Origin: a virus
DNA: 64,000 nt
Strand: one strand, 5' to 3'
Virus record (IMG/VR): IMGVR_UViG_3300021961_010841
Coordinates: 4,343-68,342 of that record
Below, piece after piece: positions 1 through 9,210 of this stretch. Below the pieces are notes generated by a model. The model made no database searches, was not told the DNA's origin, and saw nothing but the letters and a program-made list of their open reading frames with translations. A program made the position numbers and the translations under genes. The number at the start of each line of letters is the position of its first letter. The first letter of the stretch is position 1.

Positions 1-216
1 GTAAAATTCTTTTCGCCATGATCTACCCTCGAAACAAAATACAACATGATCCGCCTTAAATCTCTCCCAACATTTTTTGACAGAGTTCATCATGATGTGT
101 AAGGCCAATCCTAACTTGGTTTCTACGTCATCACCTCTTACAACATGTCTTGCTCTGAAGAATGTGTTGGCTGAATCTATGATCAGGTATGTTTTATGAG
201 ATTTCTGTTCTGCCAT
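1..216 (-). CDS. rnh: RNase H / 5'-3' exonuclease (T4 rnh-like), N-terminal part, runs off the window edge
   Basis: Manual translation from ATG at 216: MAEQKSHKTYLIIDSANTFFRARH...DHVVFCFEGRSWRKEFY, typical FEN/5'-nuclease N-terminal motifs. Confidence 0.8.
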   Translation of the reverse strand, partial: MAEQKSHKTYLIIDSANTFFRARHVVRGDDVETKLGLALHIMMNSVKKCWERFKADHVVFCFEGRSWRKEFY

Positions 217-538
217 CTTCTAATTTTTCTTCCTTGACTAATTGATTGTCTGGTTGGATAGCAGAGCCTTCATCGGCAATAGTATTGCACAGCACACTGA
301 ACCAATGATCCACTATTTCTTCATCTGTGTTTCCGGAAAATCCATGTTTCTTTAAGTTCGTCACAAAGTGTTGATTCCAATCTAATTCAAAATATCCGTA
401 TTTTGGATTATTCTTATCTACATTTGTTTCCAAAACTTTAACATATGGTTCGCCACGTGCGGTCGCTAAATCTTTTTCAGATTTTTGTTCTTTGTTTACA
501 GTCTTCTTTGTAAAAATATTTTTTAACTTATCCAACAT
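194..538 (-). CDS. hypothetical phage protein
   Basis: 114-aa ORF directly behind a consensus sigma70 promoter, overlaps rnh start. Confidence 0.75.
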   Translation of the reverse strand: MLDKLKNIFTKKTVNKEQKSEKDLATARGEPYVKVLETNVDKNNPKYGYFELDWNQHFVTNLKKHGFSGNTDEEIVDHWFSVLCNTIADEGSAIQPDNQLVKEEKLEDGRTEIS

Positions 539-547
539 AATACTAAT

Positions 548-576
548 ATTATAAGTGATATACCAAGTATTGTCAA
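548..576 (-). promoter_or_regulatory. sigma70-type early promoter
   Basis: Minus strand TTGACA-17nt-TATAAT, perfect consensus. Confidence 0.8.
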
Positions 577-649
577 TGCACTTATTTTCCTACATTTTTC
601 AACAGAGTTAGACATATATTGGTACGTCATATCGTCGGAAGGCAAAGGT

Positions 650-760
650 TTAACCATTGGCCAACTCCATTATAATCATACTCAAAATCAGCATCATGAT
701 GGCCCATACATACGGCTCATACAAGAAGTCTTTGAGCATTTTAAACAACAACTTCATCAT
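650..760 (-). CDS. small membrane protein (36 aa)
   Basis: MMKLLFK...VWAIMMLILSMIIMELANG; ATGA overlap with upstream stop; one hydrophobic helix. Confidence 0.45.
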   Translation of the reverse strand: MMKLLFKMLKDFLYEPYVWAIMMLILSMIIMELANG

Positions 761-1080
761 TGGATAGAACCGAAGTAATAGTTCATCAATCCTCCCATTA
801 ACAGTGTCACCAAGACTGCATTCAGAAAGAGCAGTGCTCGATCGTGCCAAAGATATCCAACCCACGCCCAACCGGCGGTTCCGAACAATCCGAACCACAT
901 GTCGATGTGCGGTATGGTACCAACACTTCTGGCCGCTGTTGCGATCAATATAAGAAGCACCGAACCCCATTTGACATACCAAGATAGATCTCCCCTTGGG
1001 GTTACTTTCTTGTACACTCTGGATGAGTTGAGTGCTTTGATTTTATCGTCTAATTTTTCTTTGATTGGTTCTATGGTCAT
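757..1080 (-). CDS. membrane protein, about 3 TM helices
   Basis: Hydrophobic ORF coupled to queE stop; similar in style to 11844..12059. Confidence 0.7.
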   Translation of the reverse strand: MTIEPIKEKLDDKIKALNSSRVYKKVTPRGDLSWYVKWGSVLLILIATAARSVGTIPHIDMWFGLFGTAGWAWVGYLWHDRALLFLNAVLVTLLMGGLMNYYFGSIQ

Positions 1081-1976
1081 TATGTGCCTATCAAGTTGCC
1101 AAATAAATGTACATGCACACGGGCCGCAACATTATAACCTCGTTGAAATGCACGTCTTGCCACGTCGCCTGCTGTGGCTGATTGTTCTTCTTCTCTCGCA
1201 CCAACGGGCATCACCCACACAGGATAATCGATGCCTTGTGCTTTAAAGTTTGCTAAAACGTCTTCCATTTCGTGCCATTGGGCGTCATCATTACCTAACA
1301 CGAATTTCAATTGTCCTCTGTTAGATAATGCAAAGTAGTCTTTGACTATCTCGGGATGGATGGCTTTGTCGGATTTTTCACCTGCCACTGTCCAAAGTTT
1401 GGGAGAAACAGAAAAGAAAATTTCTGTGGGTTTTTCTGCCACAAACCATTTAAATGAATCTTTCAATTTTTGTGTGCCATTGGTTTCGAATGTGATCGAT
1501 GCGGGAAGATTACCCCTTGCTTCTAATTCCTTGTACACACCCACGAACGCATCTTGTGACTGTGGCATCAGTGGTTCACCACCTGTGATGCACAGATGTT
1601 GATGTTGTCCTGAAACTGGATGAACAAACAAACCATCTGGATTAGAATCATTTCGCATCACATCCATGACTTTGTCTGCCAATTCTTTGGGAGTCGCTTG
1701 GCCCATTAGGTGTTTGTATTTCTTGGCCCATGTGTATGATGAATCACAACCTTTATCCCACACAGGTAAATCTTCTACTCTTTTTACTTGACTGACATCA
1801 AATGTTTCGTATGGAAGTTCCCAAGAGTCTGGATCTGTTGGTTTAAGTTGTCCGAACCCATTACACTGTAAGTTGCACAAGAAGAATCGTATCCAAGCAG
1901 TGGGCACACCCGTGTAGTGTCCCTCACCTTGTATCGAATAAAATATTTCCGAATAATAGTATTTCTTGTCTTCCAT
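1080..1976 (-). CDS. queE: 7-carboxy-7-deazaguanine synthase QueE (radical SAM)
   Basis: EIFYSIQGEG, CNLQC...CDS, ITGGEP, FETNGT, SVSPKL and RVHVHLFG motifs. Confidence 0.9.
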   Translation of the reverse strand: MEDKKYYYSEIFYSIQGEGHYTGVPTAWIRFFLCNLQCNGFGQLKPTDPDSWELPYETFDVSQVKRVEDLPVWDKGCDSSYTWAKKYKHLMGQATPKELADKVMDVMRNDSNPDGLFVHPVSGQHQHLCITGGEPLMPQSQDAFVGVYKELEARGNLPASITFETNGTQKLKDSFKWFVAEKPTEIFFSVSPKLWTVAGEKSDKAIHPEIVKDYFALSNRGQLKFVLGNDDAQWHEMEDVLANFKAQGIDYPVWVMPVGAREEEQSATAGDVARRAFQRGYNVAARVHVHLFGNLIGT

Positions 1977-1982
1977 TGTTTT

Positions 1983-2010
1983 ATTATAACATATATTTAG
2001 AAAATGTCTA
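1983..2010 (-). promoter_or_regulatory. sigma70-like promoter with embedded TAAATA late box
   Basis: TAGACA-16nt-TATAAT upstream of queE; spacer contains TAAATA. Confidence 0.5.
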
Positions 2011-2466
2011 TACTTCCCACGGATAAACTATCCAACGGGGATCTTTTTCTTTATTGATTTTTTCCGCCCAATAATTCACAGTAAAATGTGAGGGTTCGTT
2101 GTCGATCAATACGGCGTATTCTACATAATGGGCGCCACGATGCAACATGATAGACTGCATCCTTTTGAATGTTTCACCTGTGTCATTGATATCATCCACA
2201 ACCAGAAAGTTGTACTGATCTATGTAAGTGTCGCCAGAGCCGTGACCAACAGGAAAATCAGGAATCATTTCCTGTGCATGGTCTCTGGTAGATAGTTTGA
2301 CAGGAATCATTGGTATGTCGAGTTTGTGTGAAATTATGGTTGCTGGTATGCACCCACCACGTGATATGCCTATGACGTGAGTGAACAGTTTGGGTTCAAC
2401 TAAATCAGCCAGGAACAGCGACATGGTTTCAATCTGTTTCCAAGTATAGTATTTTTTATCTGCCAT
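2008..2466 (-). CDS. purine phosphoribosyltransferase (Gpt-like)
   Basis: GISRGG, PRPP loop [13 protein letters not shown]-terminal WIVYPWE. Confidence 0.88.
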   Translation of the reverse strand: MADKKYYTWKQIETMSLFLADLVEPKLFTHVIGISRGGCIPATIISHKLDIPMIPVKLSTRDHAQEMIPDFPVGHGSGDTYIDQYNFLVVDDINDTGETFKRMQSIMLHRGAHYVEYAVLIDNEPSHFTVNYWAEKINKEKDPRWIVYPWEV

Positions 2467-3499
2467 TACCGAACACCGTGTTTACTTGATTGTGCACCTG
2501 TACGAATGTGGTACACTTGGGAATATCTTTTAATCTTTTGGCACCTATGTATGTGCAAGTGGACCTTAAACCACCCAAATAGTCCGTGATAACGGTCTCT
2601 ACAGCACCCTTGTGGGGTATCGACACTACTTTGCCTTCAGAACCACGATATGAGTGTCTGCCACCATGTGTTTCCATGGCCTTGTCTGAACTCATGCCAT
2701 AAAAAGTGACTCGACCATCTTGAACGGTTGCTTCGGACTCGTCTGTGCCCGCCAACATGCCACCCAACATCACAAAGTCAGCACCACCACCGAATGCCTT
2801 GGCAATATCACCTGGCACTGTGCAACCACCATCTGCTATGATGTGTCCGCCAACTCCATGAGCTGCATCAGCACATTCGATCAAACCCGACAGTTGGGGC
2901 ATGCCCACTCCTGTCATCAATCTTGTGGTGCACACAGATCCAGGACCAATGCCACATTTGACAACATCACAGCCATCGATGATGAGTTCTTCGACCATCT
3001 CTGCTGTGATCACATTACCGGCCACAATGATTTTGTCTGGATATTCGTCTCTGACTCGTTTGACAAAGTCCACAAAGTTCTGTTGATAGCCATTGGCAAC
3101 ATCGATGCAGATCCAACGAATGTCTGGATATGCTGATAAAACTTTTTTCATGGTGTCATAGTCTGGTGCTTCCTGATTGTATTGATAGGCAGAACCGGTA
3201 CAGATCATTACATTCTTTAATTTTAGTCCTGTCTTGACTGCCTGATGCCAGTCATCAACTGTGTAGTGTTTCCTGATTGCTGTGAGTAAATTGTGTTTTT
3301 GCAGTGCCTTGGCCATTGTGAATGTGCCAACGCCATCCATGTTGGCCGCAATGATGGGAACACCCTGCCACTTTTGTGTGGAGTGTTTGAATTCAAAATC
3401 CCTTTCTAATTCAACATTTTTGCGTGATGTGAGTTGTGAACGTTTGGGTCTGAATAGGACATCTTTGAAATCTAATTTGATATCTGATTCTATTCTCAT
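2456..3499 (-). CDS. guaC: GMP reductase
   Basis: [52 protein letters not shown]. Confidence 0.95.
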   Translation of the reverse strand: MRIESDIKLDFKDVLFRPKRSQLTSRKNVELERDFEFKHSTQKWQGVPIIAANMDGVGTFTMAKALQKHNLLTAIRKHYTVDDWHQAVKTGLKLKNVMICTGSAYQYNQEAPDYDTMKKVLSAYPDIRWICIDVANGYQQNFVDFVKRVRDEYPDKIIVAGNVITAEMVEELIIDGCDVVKCGIGPGSVCTTRLMTGVGMPQLSGLIECADAAHGVGGHIIADGGCTVPGDIAKAFGGGADFVMLGGMLAGTDESEATVQDGRVTFYGMSSDKAMETHGGRHSYRGSEGKVVSIPHKGAVETVITDYLGGLRSTCTYIGAKRLKDIPKCTTFVQVHNQVNTVFGNGR

Positions 3500-4182
3500 C
3501 TTGGTGCAAACTCTTGCTGTAATTTGATGTTGTCCATAAATTCTTTTTTAGTAGCCGAGTCATTATTGAAAGCACCTTTGAGCACAGTGGTTTGTGTAAG
3601 ACTCGAATGAGCCATTATGCCTCTGTTCTCACAACAACCATGAGTTGCTTGGATGTACACACCGACGTTTTTAGAACCAGTTGCCTTCATTATTTCTCTG
3701 GCTATGTCGTTGCATAATTCTTCTTGCAGTGTGCCACGTCTTGCACACCATTGAGCGATTCTTGTGTACTTGCTCAAACCAATTAGAGTGTCTGCGGCAA
3801 TTATTCCAATGTATGCAACACCACTTACGGGCTGATGATGATGTGAACACACGGATCTCAGTTCAGATCTGACAACCAACATTCCGTCATAACCGTCATC
3901 GACATGGTTAGGAAACGCAGTTGCATTTGGCATAGGAAAGTATCTGCCTTGCATGAGTTCATTCACATACATCTTGGCCAATCTTCTGCCTGTGTCCTGG
4001 GAATTTGGATCTGTTTCACGATCGATGATGAGTGAATCTAAAACAGATTCAAACTTGCCTGTTAGTTCATCGATCAATTGTTGATGTTCACCTTCGCGGA
4101 TGTGTTGTGAAATGTTATCACCTGCCCAAAATCTGTCGCCGGATGATTCTATTCTTTGCTTGATTGTGTCTGATATGCTCAT
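3496..4182 (-). CDS. folE: GTP cyclohydrolase I
   Basis: [25 protein letters not shown]. Confidence 0.93.
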   Translation of the reverse strand: MSISDTIKQRIESSGDRFWAGDNISQHIREGEHQQLIDELTGKFESVLDSLIIDRETDPNSQDTGRRLAKMYVNELMQGRYFPMPNATAFPNHVDDGYDGMLVVRSELRSVCSHHHQPVSGVAYIGIIAADTLIGLSKYTRIAQWCARRGTLQEELCNDIAREIMKATGSKNVGVYIQATHGCCENRGIMAHSSLTQTTVLKGAFNNDSATKKEFMDNIKLQQEFAPR

Positions 4183-5243
4183 TCTTCTATTATACTTTCT
4201 GCGATTGCGTCATACAAGTTAAATCCGTGGAAAAATTCTGTTTGTAATTTTTTACGTTGCCTTGCAATTTCTGTGAGATATTTAGAATAATTTTCCATCA
4301 AGTCAACGATTCTGTCCATAATTTTTTGTTTGTTTTTTTGATAATTCTTCATGTCTTTTGTCCACACACTTGGATATTTCATTGTGTCAAGGAACATCTC
4401 TGTGTATGACAGTCGATCTGGTACCATCACCATGCAGTCAAGTATCAATCCTTCATAGCCTGATATGCCCAGTGTTTCTTGTAGATTCGCTGAAAACACC
4501 AGTTTGGATTCTGCCAGTAGATTGTGATATTCGTGTTTCTTGAGTTGGCGTTCCTGACACACGATAAAATCATACTGTGGCAGTGCTTCTTTTAGATCAT
4601 AGAATATTTCTGGTTGCTTCTCTGGCGCCAAACGATGTGGAAACACAATTTGATTCTTTTTGGGCATTCCCTTGTATGGTTCCAACTCTTTGTCAAAGTA
4701 TTCCATGGGCCAACCTGTTCTCACTACATTTGGTTGATTGTATTCAATATTAAAGAATGCCTTATCCCACAGTTTGATGTGAAAGTCTGTGGCATAAAAA
4801 TTGTGATCATAACAGTTGAACATGCTGATTTCTGCTTGCCTCACCCATTTAGCATCACCAATCAGTCTGCCCAAAAAGTCTGCAGGGTCATATGAGCCAG
4901 CGTGCCACATGCCACCAATTTTAATCTTTACACCCAACAGTTCTGCCATGTATTTCAATTGTATCACAGTGGGATTCCAGGCATCTGTGTACAGGAAGTA
5001 ATCACCATCTTTGATCTTACCAGCACAGAACATGGTTGCAATTTGTTCGAGTTGTTTGGATTTGTACACATTGGTGCCACCAAAGTTTAGGAAAGCACCT
5101 GGAGTGGTTGCCTGCGGAGTTTCACCACCTGATATAGTGACCACTTTGTGACCTGTGGATTTCTCCAGCTGTGGTGGCAGATACTTCTTCCATTCTGCGG
5201 TGTAACGAGTTTCCACTGCTTCAATGTCTACAATGTAAATCAT
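4179..5243 (-). CDS. glycosyltransferase (GT-B/GT4-like)
   Basis: FPHRLAPEKQP and ETLGISGYEG (E-x7-E) motifs; start moved to ATG 5243, which overlaps the upstream stop. Confidence 0.75.
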   Translation of the reverse strand: MIYIVDIEAVETRYTAEWKKYLPPQLEKSTGHKVVTISGGETPQATTPGAFLNFGGTNVYKSKQLEQIATMFCAGKIKDGDYFLYTDAWNPTVIQLKYMAELLGVKIKIGGMWHAGSYDPADFLGRLIGDAKWVRQAEISMFNCYDHNFYATDFHIKLWDKAFFNIEYNQPNVVRTGWPMEYFDKELEPYKGMPKKNQIVFPHRLAPEKQPEIFYDLKEALPQYDFIVCQERQLKKHEYHNLLAESKLVFSANLQETLGISGYEGLILDCMVMVPDRLSYTEMFLDTMKYPSVWTKDMKNYQKNKQKIMDRIVDLMENYSKYLTEIARQRKKLQTEFFHGFNLYDAIAESIIEE

Positions 5244-5542
5244 CCGTGTATGCTGTCCTCCGCCGCAACAGTTGTATATCTGGTTGAAAGATATGTTAAT
5301 AACTTTTTGTCTTTCACTGAAAAACATACTTCATCACAGCCTGCGTCCTCAAAGTAGAAGTCCACACCATACTCATAACCCTTGCGACCCAAGTCATTTG
5401 ACACCATACAGCCAACATCGAAGTCTGTGTAGTTGCCGTTGAGAGCGCCACCCTCTGTGTCATAGTATCCACCACGTTCTGTGGTTTTGTCGGATGCTAT
5501 CACAATGGTGTGTTCAAACTTGTAAGGTCCTGGATTGCTCAT
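5240..5542 (-). CDS. hypothetical protein
   Basis: ORF coupled at both ends within the operon. Confidence 0.65.
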   Translation of the reverse strand: MSNPGPYKFEHTIVIASDKTTERGGYYDTEGGALNGNYTDFDVGCMVSNDLGRKGYEYGVDFYFEDAGCDEVCFSVKDKKLLTYLSTRYTTVAAEDSIHG

Positions 5543-5745
5543 TTCACACTCCTTTTGTTGGATTCCATGTTGTTAACGAACACCCTAACCAGTCTTGAAA
5601 CATCAACTTCTTCTCTTTGCAGAGTTTTTGGATTGGTAAAGATAACTTTACTTTTGTTTGCTTCAAGTTGTATACCTATGTTGGAAGCAACAACAATAGC
5701 ATCATCTGTGTTTTTACGCCAATCATGTGAAGAATAAACTGTCAT
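5539..5745 (-). CDS. hypothetical protein
   Basis: ORF coupled at both ends within the operon. Confidence 0.65.
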   Translation of the reverse strand: MTVYSSHDWRKNTDDAIVVASNIGIQLEANKSKVIFTNPKTLQREEVDVSRLVRVFVNNMESNKRSVK

Positions 5746-6182
5746 TAGTTTATGATACTCCTTACCTGTTCGTCTATCTTTTTAAAGAATGATTTGTTAG
5801 AAGGTTGATCCTCTTCTTTTGGATAGTCGATATCACAACCATTTTCGCCATCCTCCGACACTTCGATTTTGATATGTCTGCCAGGATATCTTGTTTTGAT
5901 CTGTTGTGCCAATGCATCAGCGATCATTTCGCAAGATTTATAGTCCAATTCCAATGTCTTTTCGCTGTATAACTTTTCGAGCCATCTTTTGAATTGAATG
6001 AATTCTATATCTCTATCATCATGGAAGACCTCGATCCACACCTTAAAATGGAATATGTGTCTGTGCGGGTATCCTAAAAAAGACACGTCGTATTCGTCGC
6101 CAGTCTTTAATTTGGGATCTTCCAGTGCCGCAGGATATTTGTGAATGCCTTCCTTCTTAAATGTTACCCATATTGTTTTCAT
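5745..6182 (-). CDS. QueD/PTPS-fold protein, HRH variant (DpdL-like)
   Basis: EGIH...LGYPHRHIFHF...DIEF...SCE...VSEDGENG T-fold motifs; LxxxHRHxF instead of CxxxHGH; start at ATG 6182. Confidence 0.75.
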   Translation of the reverse strand: MKTIWVTFKKEGIHKYPAALEDPKLKTGDEYDVSFLGYPHRHIFHFKVWIEVFHDDRDIEFIQFKRWLEKLYSEKTLELDYKSCEMIADALAQQIKTRYPGRHIKIEVSEDGENGCDIDYPKEEDQPSNKSFFKKIDEQVRSIIN

Positions 6183-6691
6183 ATCGTTGTGTCGTCTCCG
6201 TATTTGTCCCAAGCAGTGTAGTTCTTTTTCTTCATCATGTCTTTCACAGACCAACACCACACACCTGGATTTGTTGCTTTAAAGTCCTTGTCATCGATCT
6301 TGATGACCACATTGCCTTGAATATTGTTTACATTTTCCACTGTGACACCATACACAATGGTAAACTTGGAATATGACAGTAGATCGGTGATGTCTGTAAA
6401 CTTGTAGTCTGGATTCATATCTATGGTCACATGATAATCTCTGTCTAAAAAGTATCTGAGTTGTGATGCGATCGATTGTACTTCTTGCCCATCCATGACT
6501 TTGTATGAATGATTGGCACCAAAGTAGATGTGTTTGCATGAATTTTTTTCTGCGTTTCTCAGCACAGTGGCAGTTCTCTGCAAGTCAACCACAAACAGAG
6601 TTTTCATACCTTCTGTGGGTGTTTTTTCTACTTCTTTACCGACAAAAAATGTGGCACCTTCTTTTACGCCATCATGATAATCACGTTTCAT
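6179..6691 (-). CDS. hypothetical protein in deazaguanine operon
   Basis: 170-aa coupled ORF; HIYFGANHS and DFKATNPGVWC stretches look conserved. Confidence 0.75.
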   Translation of the reverse strand: MKRDYHDGVKEGATFFVGKEVEKTPTEGMKTLFVVDLQRTATVLRNAEKNSCKHIYFGANHSYKVMDGQEVQSIASQLRYFLDRDYHVTIDMNPDYKFTDITDLLSYSKFTIVYGVTVENVNNIQGNVVIKIDDKDFKATNPGVWCWSVKDMMKKKNYTAWDKYGDDTTI

Positions 6692-6956
6692 CTTTGGTCA
6701 TCTCCTCGATCCATTCATATTCACTTAAAGGTGTAGACAGTGTGTGCTCCTGCACATATGCATCAATTTCTTCATCGGTCATGTTTTCGATGCCGTGTAA
6801 CAGATCCTTCCAATATAATTTCTGCTTTTTCATTTCCAACAGTTCTGCTTTGTGATTCCAAGATCTTGTCTTTTCACGCTGTGCTTCCATCTGCTTGACT
6901 TGTTTCTTTAACTTTTTCAACTGCTGTTTGAAATAGATTATCTTTTCGTCTGACAT
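6681..6956 (-). CDS. hypothetical coiled-coil protein
   Basis: 91-aa charged helical ORF directly after dpdA. Confidence 0.6.
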   Translation of the reverse strand: MSDEKIIYFKQQLKKLKKQVKQMEAQREKTRSWNHKAELLEMKKQKLYWKDLLHGIENMTDEEIDAYVQEHTLSTPLSEYEWIEEMTKDET

Positions 6957-8417
6957 TTAAACCTCCTCGAATAAATTATTAAACTGTGTTGACGCATTTA
7001 CTGTTTTTTTGCCTGTTGCACCCCTGGTTCCTATAATACTCATCCAATATCTCGAATACTCTTCTATTATAGCATCTGCTACGGATCTGTCATCCGTTGA
7101 AAATATCGCTTCCACAATATCACGGAACATCACTCGATCGAATGATTCGTTGATCAACATGTTTGGTATTTTACCAGCATCATACTGTCTGTTGGCTTCC
7201 TGCACTGCGTTGATGTGCATCCAAACATTGTGGCCCATCATGATGGCATATGAAAATGAATCCCATGATGTCTTGCCTTCTTTACCAATCTTGTTGAGAT
7301 CACCCGCACCATAAATGCAGATGTCCTTGGCAGTGAGTCCTGTGGTGATGGGTGAATTCATAAAACTTGTGTGCTTGCCTTCTCTCACAAATGCTTCTGA
7401 GAATGGGGTTTTGTCCTGGGCAAATGCTTTGTTGTCGATGGATGGAACCATTCTGTACACCCATTTTTCACGATCATTGGTTTCCAATTCACAGTAGATT
7501 TGTCCGTTGGCTGTGGCCAAAAATGGAGATGCACAGTCGAACGTTACTGTGTAATTTGGATTGTGATGTTTTCTGACTGCTCGTTGGATGTCTGTGAGCA
7601 GTGTGGCCCATTCCAGTTTTGATGTGCCAAGGAAGTGCATGAAGTCATGTTTGCCTTTTTCCAGCAGTCCGTCAAATCTTAGTGCCACTAATCTTTTCAA
7701 CACAAGGTGCACATCACACATGTTCTGTCCGCCCATGGACCAACCGTTGAAATGTGTTTCGGGATATTTCTTGGGATCACAGTAGTCTTTCATCTGCTCA
7801 TACCAATCGTCAGCATCAGCATGATTTTCACCCTGCAACACATTTAAAAATCTACAAGAACCTGTACGATTCTTCATGAAATAATCGTTGTTGATCCTTG
7901 TGGCATTGACGGCATCCTGATAGTTGTCTATGCCAGTTGCTTTGGCGCCTGCTGGTGAACGAGCCACCCAGGCCGGAATATCAAGTATCATACCGTAGTC
8001 CATGTAAGCATCCATCCACGCAAGAACCTGCTCACGTTTCTTTTTAGCCTTGGGACAGTTAGGATCTTTCCAATCACCTTCCCAAACACCCTTACCTATT
8101 TGGAAACCACCTGAGTCGCCGAGTAGCCAAGATGATGATCTATCACGATTGCGGATCATGTCTTCCTTAGGAGAATCTCTGTTGATGTCGAGATCGGCGT
8201 GACCCGCTGAGTACAATGTCCAATTGTATTGGAACAGTCCTTGTTGGGGGTTGAGCCAGTTCAAACTTTCAACGCCATTTGTAAAATGTTGAGGAATTCG
8301 AGAGTTGTCTACATATTCCTCATGACGTTGTTTGCCTACGAATGTAGCAAAGAATCCACTCAGTGCTGGAAGAAACACAGCATAATCTTTTTGTTCAGCA
8401 GTGAGGTTGGTATTCAT
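6957..8417 (-). CDS. dpdA: DNA deazaguanine transglycosylase, DpdA/TGT-like
   Basis: TGT-fold motifs GDSGGFQ, ILDIP, NVLQG, MHFLG, TFDCAS; neighbours folE and queE. Confidence 0.82.
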   Translation of the reverse strand: MNTNLTAEQKDYAVFLPALSGFFATFVGKQRHEEYVDNSRIPQHFTNGVESLNWLNPQQGLFQYNWTLYSAGHADLDINRDSPKEDMIRNRDRSSSWLLGDSGGFQIGKGVWEGDWKDPNCPKAKKKREQVLAWMDAYMDYGMILDIPAWVARSPAGAKATGIDNYQDAVNATRINNDYFMKNRTGSCRFLNVLQGENHADADDWYEQMKDYCDPKKYPETHFNGWSMGGQNMCDVHLVLKRLVALRFDGLLEKGKHDFMHFLGTSKLEWATLLTDIQRAVRKHHNPNYTVTFDCASPFLATANGQIYCELETNDREKWVYRMVPSIDNKAFAQDKTPFSEAFVREGKHTSFMNSPITTGLTAKDICIYGAGDLNKIGKEGKTSWDSFSYAIMMGHNVWMHINAVQEANRQYDAGKIPNMLINESFDRVMFRDIVEAIFSTDDRSVADAIIEEYSRYWMSIIGTRGATGKKTVNASTQFNNLFEEV

Positions 8418-9155
8418 CTACTTGGTTTGTGCTGGTAGGATGTATTGATATGAAGCCATTCCTGAATCAAGTGTGATTTGCAGTGCACCATCATCTGAGA
8501 ATGACATCTCACATTCATTAGATTCAATCAATTTTAGAATCTGTGTGACCTGTGCCACTGGCCATGCCCACGTCTTTGTGAGTTTGCCTGTGATGCCTTT
8601 TGCAAATGTAAATTCACCTGCGTGTGATGAAGCATCTCCGAACTTGAATTTGAGTGCATCACCGTCTGTTGACACAGTGAACACATTTTCTTCTGCGTTC
8701 GCTTGTGCTTGGAAGTTTAATCTCTGCACATCTGGCATGGTTGGCTTGATAGTGACATGCCAATTCACACCCCTGAACTGCACAGATTTTAATTTTTCAC
8801 TGACAATTTCAGCATTCATGAAGCGATAGTCGTTTTTAAAATCTTTGGAATCGTTCTCAAAATGCAATCCTACGGGCACAGTTTCGTTGTTGCGTTCCTG
8901 TGTGTTGACTGTGATTTCTGCTTTGTCTTTGTACACCGGAAGTTTTAACAGGATATCGAGTTTGCCCAAGTTTGGCATACCGAACGTTCCCTTCCATTCA
9001 CTCACTGGTGTCTTTAATTCTGATTTGACCACAACAGATCTGTCTTCCGCCATGGCATCTATTGTTGTTGATTTGTCGTCACCCACCACCTTCACAAGGT
9101 CTATGAAACCGAGAGAATGAGTGTGCTTGACGATGTCTTGTAGTGTATCTTTCAT
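8418..9155 (-). CDS. sliding clamp (gp45-like)
   Basis: 245 aa, beta-rich, immediately downstream of the polymerase, ends YQYILPAQ. Confidence 0.7.
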   Translation of the reverse strand: MKDTLQDIVKHTHSLGFIDLVKVVGDDKSTTIDAMAEDRSVVVKSELKTPVSEWKGTFGMPNLGKLDILLKLPVYKDKAEITVNTQERNNETVPVGLHFENDSKDFKNDYRFMNAEIVSEKLKSVQFRGVNWHVTIKPTMPDVQRLNFQAQANAEENVFTVSTDGDALKFKFGDASSHAGEFTFAKGITGKLTKTWAWPVAQVTQILKLIESNECEMSFSDDGALQITLDSGMASYQYILPAQTK

Positions 9156-9179
9156 ACTGTGTATCTCCTAAGTGTTTTT

Positions 9180-9208
9180 ATTATAGAATTATTTAGAGCT
9201 AAAGTCAA
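9180..9208 (-). promoter_or_regulatory. sigma70-like promoter with embedded TAAATA late box
   Basis: TTGACT-17nt-TATAAT upstream of the clamp/dpdA operon. Confidence 0.65.
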
Positions 9209-9210
9209 CT

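Noticed and set aside
523-657. 44-aa hydrophobic ORF MVKPLPSDD...LCWIS
   Set aside because: Its hydrophobic part coincides with an AT-rich promoter, so it cannot be distinguished from chance
5770-5815. QPSNKSFF in the QueD-fold protein as a PIP-box
   Set aside because: Lacks the hydrophobic residue at position 4 and differs from the FxxLF tail of the polymerase
6957-8417. Interpretation as a tRNA-guanine transglycosylase for queuosine
   Set aside because: No bacterial Tgt CxCxxC zinc motif, no queA/queF/queG, and it sits next to replisome genes, which favours a DNA substrate
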